Shown one piece after another: positions 43,871-44,429 of a stretch of DNA of 44,429 nucleotides. The DNA lies in NCBI GenBank assembly GCA_018896355.1, contig JAHIMW010000172.1:1-44429 (forward strand). The letters are read 5' to 3'. Numbering within the stretch: the stretch's first letter is position 1; every line of letters starts with the position of its first letter. A program made the position numbers and the translations under genes. The notes beneath the pieces are model-generated. The model did no database searches and had not been told where the DNA came from. It was given only the letters and a program-made list of their open reading frames with translations. This stretch comes from Pseudomonadota bacterium. Lineage in GTDB: Bacteria > Desulfobacterota > Syntrophia > Syntrophales > UBA5619.

Positions 43871-44080
43871 ATGGTTATGTTACTCACACTTTTAATTGTT
43901 GTCATTATGTTAGGGCTGGTGATGCCGCTGTTTTGGATTGTCGGAACGATTGGATCCATCACCTATGTTGGCCTAAACGGAATGGGTGTAGCCTTCAAAG
44001 AGCGAACCGTTGCCCTGAATCCCCATCTGGGCTTCACCATGGCCGATGGTGGTGAACCTGTGGATGAAGAGAAAAAATAG
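43871..44080 (+). CDS. Small hypothetical membrane protein
   Basis: The 69 aa product has an N-terminal hydrophobic stretch consistent with two TM helices (LLTLLIVVIMLGLVMPLFWIVGTIGSITYVGL) and an acidic tail. GAGGAGG lies upstream, and either ATG (43871 or 43877) could be the start. Confidence 0.4.
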   Translation: MVMLLTLLIVVIMLGLVMPLFWIVGTIGSITYVGLNGMGVAFKERTVALNPHLGFTMADGGEPVDEEKK

Positions 44081-44180
44081 TCAGCAGCGGTTAAGTAGGT
44101 CAGCATGACCGAAACGTTGCAGGGATCCCCAGAGCGGATTACATTGAAACGGATCAATCAATAAGAAGGAGGCAATAGAA

Positions 44181-44429
44181 ATGGAAGGCTTCATCTATTC
44201 AGATATCTTTGCGACAAAGGGGGTTGAATATCTGCTGGTCATCAGCGTTCTGCTGCTCTTCATTCCCTTCTGGAGGATGGTGAGCAGGCCTGCAAAGGCA
44301 ATTTATCAGGCAACCGAAAGCATTATTCCGGCGATCAGTGAATGGTTTCATCTTCCGGAGGCAAAACTGTATTACCATCAGGGACATAGTTGGGCCATGC
44401 CGGAGAGCGGCAATGTGGTCAAGGTGGGA
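44181..44429 (+). CDS. Glycine-cleavage-H-like (lipoyl/biotinyl-type) protein with N-terminal TM anchor, 3'-partial
   Basis: A strong SD (AAGGAGG) lies 7 nt upstream of the ATG. The translation is MEGFIYSDIFATKGVEYLLVISVLLLFIPFW...LYYHQGHSWAMPESGNVVKVG. The last part resembles the GcvH N-terminal consensus (Y..EH.W......V.VG). The frame runs off the window end. Confidence 0.5.
   Translation, partial: MEGFIYSDIFATKGVEYLLVISVLLLFIPFWRMVSRPAKAIYQATESIIPAISEWFHLPEAKLYYHQGHSWAMPESGNVVKVG

Noticed and set aside
1-44429. I looked for CRISPR arrays, tRNA or rRNA genes, integrases or transposases, and classical defence-system genes.
   Set aside because: I saw no regularly spaced direct repeats, no tRNA-like T-arm or anticodon-arm patterns in the intergenic regions, and no recombinase-like ORFs. 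The only mobile elements I can support are the two group II introns. The only defence-like module is the HigBA-type TA pair.

Overview
This 44.4 kb window is a compositional mosaic from an anaerobic bacterium. Gene content suggests a Desulfobacterota-type (deltaproteobacterial) organism, but the taxon is inference only.

Contents from left to right:
- **182-806:** a Gp49/HigB-like toxin with an XRE antitoxin.
- **830-7348:** housekeeping genes: Nnr, a periplasmic disulfide module (membrane CxxC-DsbA fusion, M29 aminopeptidase, DsbC-like), a polyprenyl synthase and a C_GCAxxG_C_C protein.
- **7385-7639:** a truncated HAD gene remnant.
- **7638-17985, minus strand:** a roughly 10-gene operon for aryl-phosphate synthase (PpsA/PpsB/PpsC-like) and a UbiD-family carboxylase. 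It also carries UbiX, Nudix, UPF0261, a PaaK-type CoA ligase and a HAD protein. A textbook TTGACA-N17-TATAAT promoter drives it, and the core of that promoter is duplicated 621 bp upstream, in front of a PNPOx-like flavoprotein gene.
- **18624-19601:** a stand-alone formyltransferase that resembles the 10-formyl-THF dehydrogenase N-domain.
- **20229-33848, plus strand:** a Wood-Ljungdahl cluster in the order fhs, acsV, cooC, folD, acsD, acsA/cooS, acsB, acsC, acsE.
- **34389-38956, minus strand:** a universal stress protein, a P-type Ca2+-type ATPase and a CaCA antiporter.
- **39418-43429:** two group II introns arranged as a nest. A complete intron (39835-41863) sits inside domain IV of a second complete intron.
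- **43871-44429:** a small membrane protein and the start of a membrane-anchored GcvH-like protein.

The observations most worth follow-up are:
- the nested introns;
- the non-canonical, compositionally chimeric aryl-phosphate/UbiD operon with a possible built-in prFMN supply set;
- the duplicated consensus promoter;
- two kinds of palindromic intergenic element.

I see no CRISPR array, rRNA or tRNA. All calls rest on reading the translated ORFs and the DNA by eye. No database search or folding program was run.
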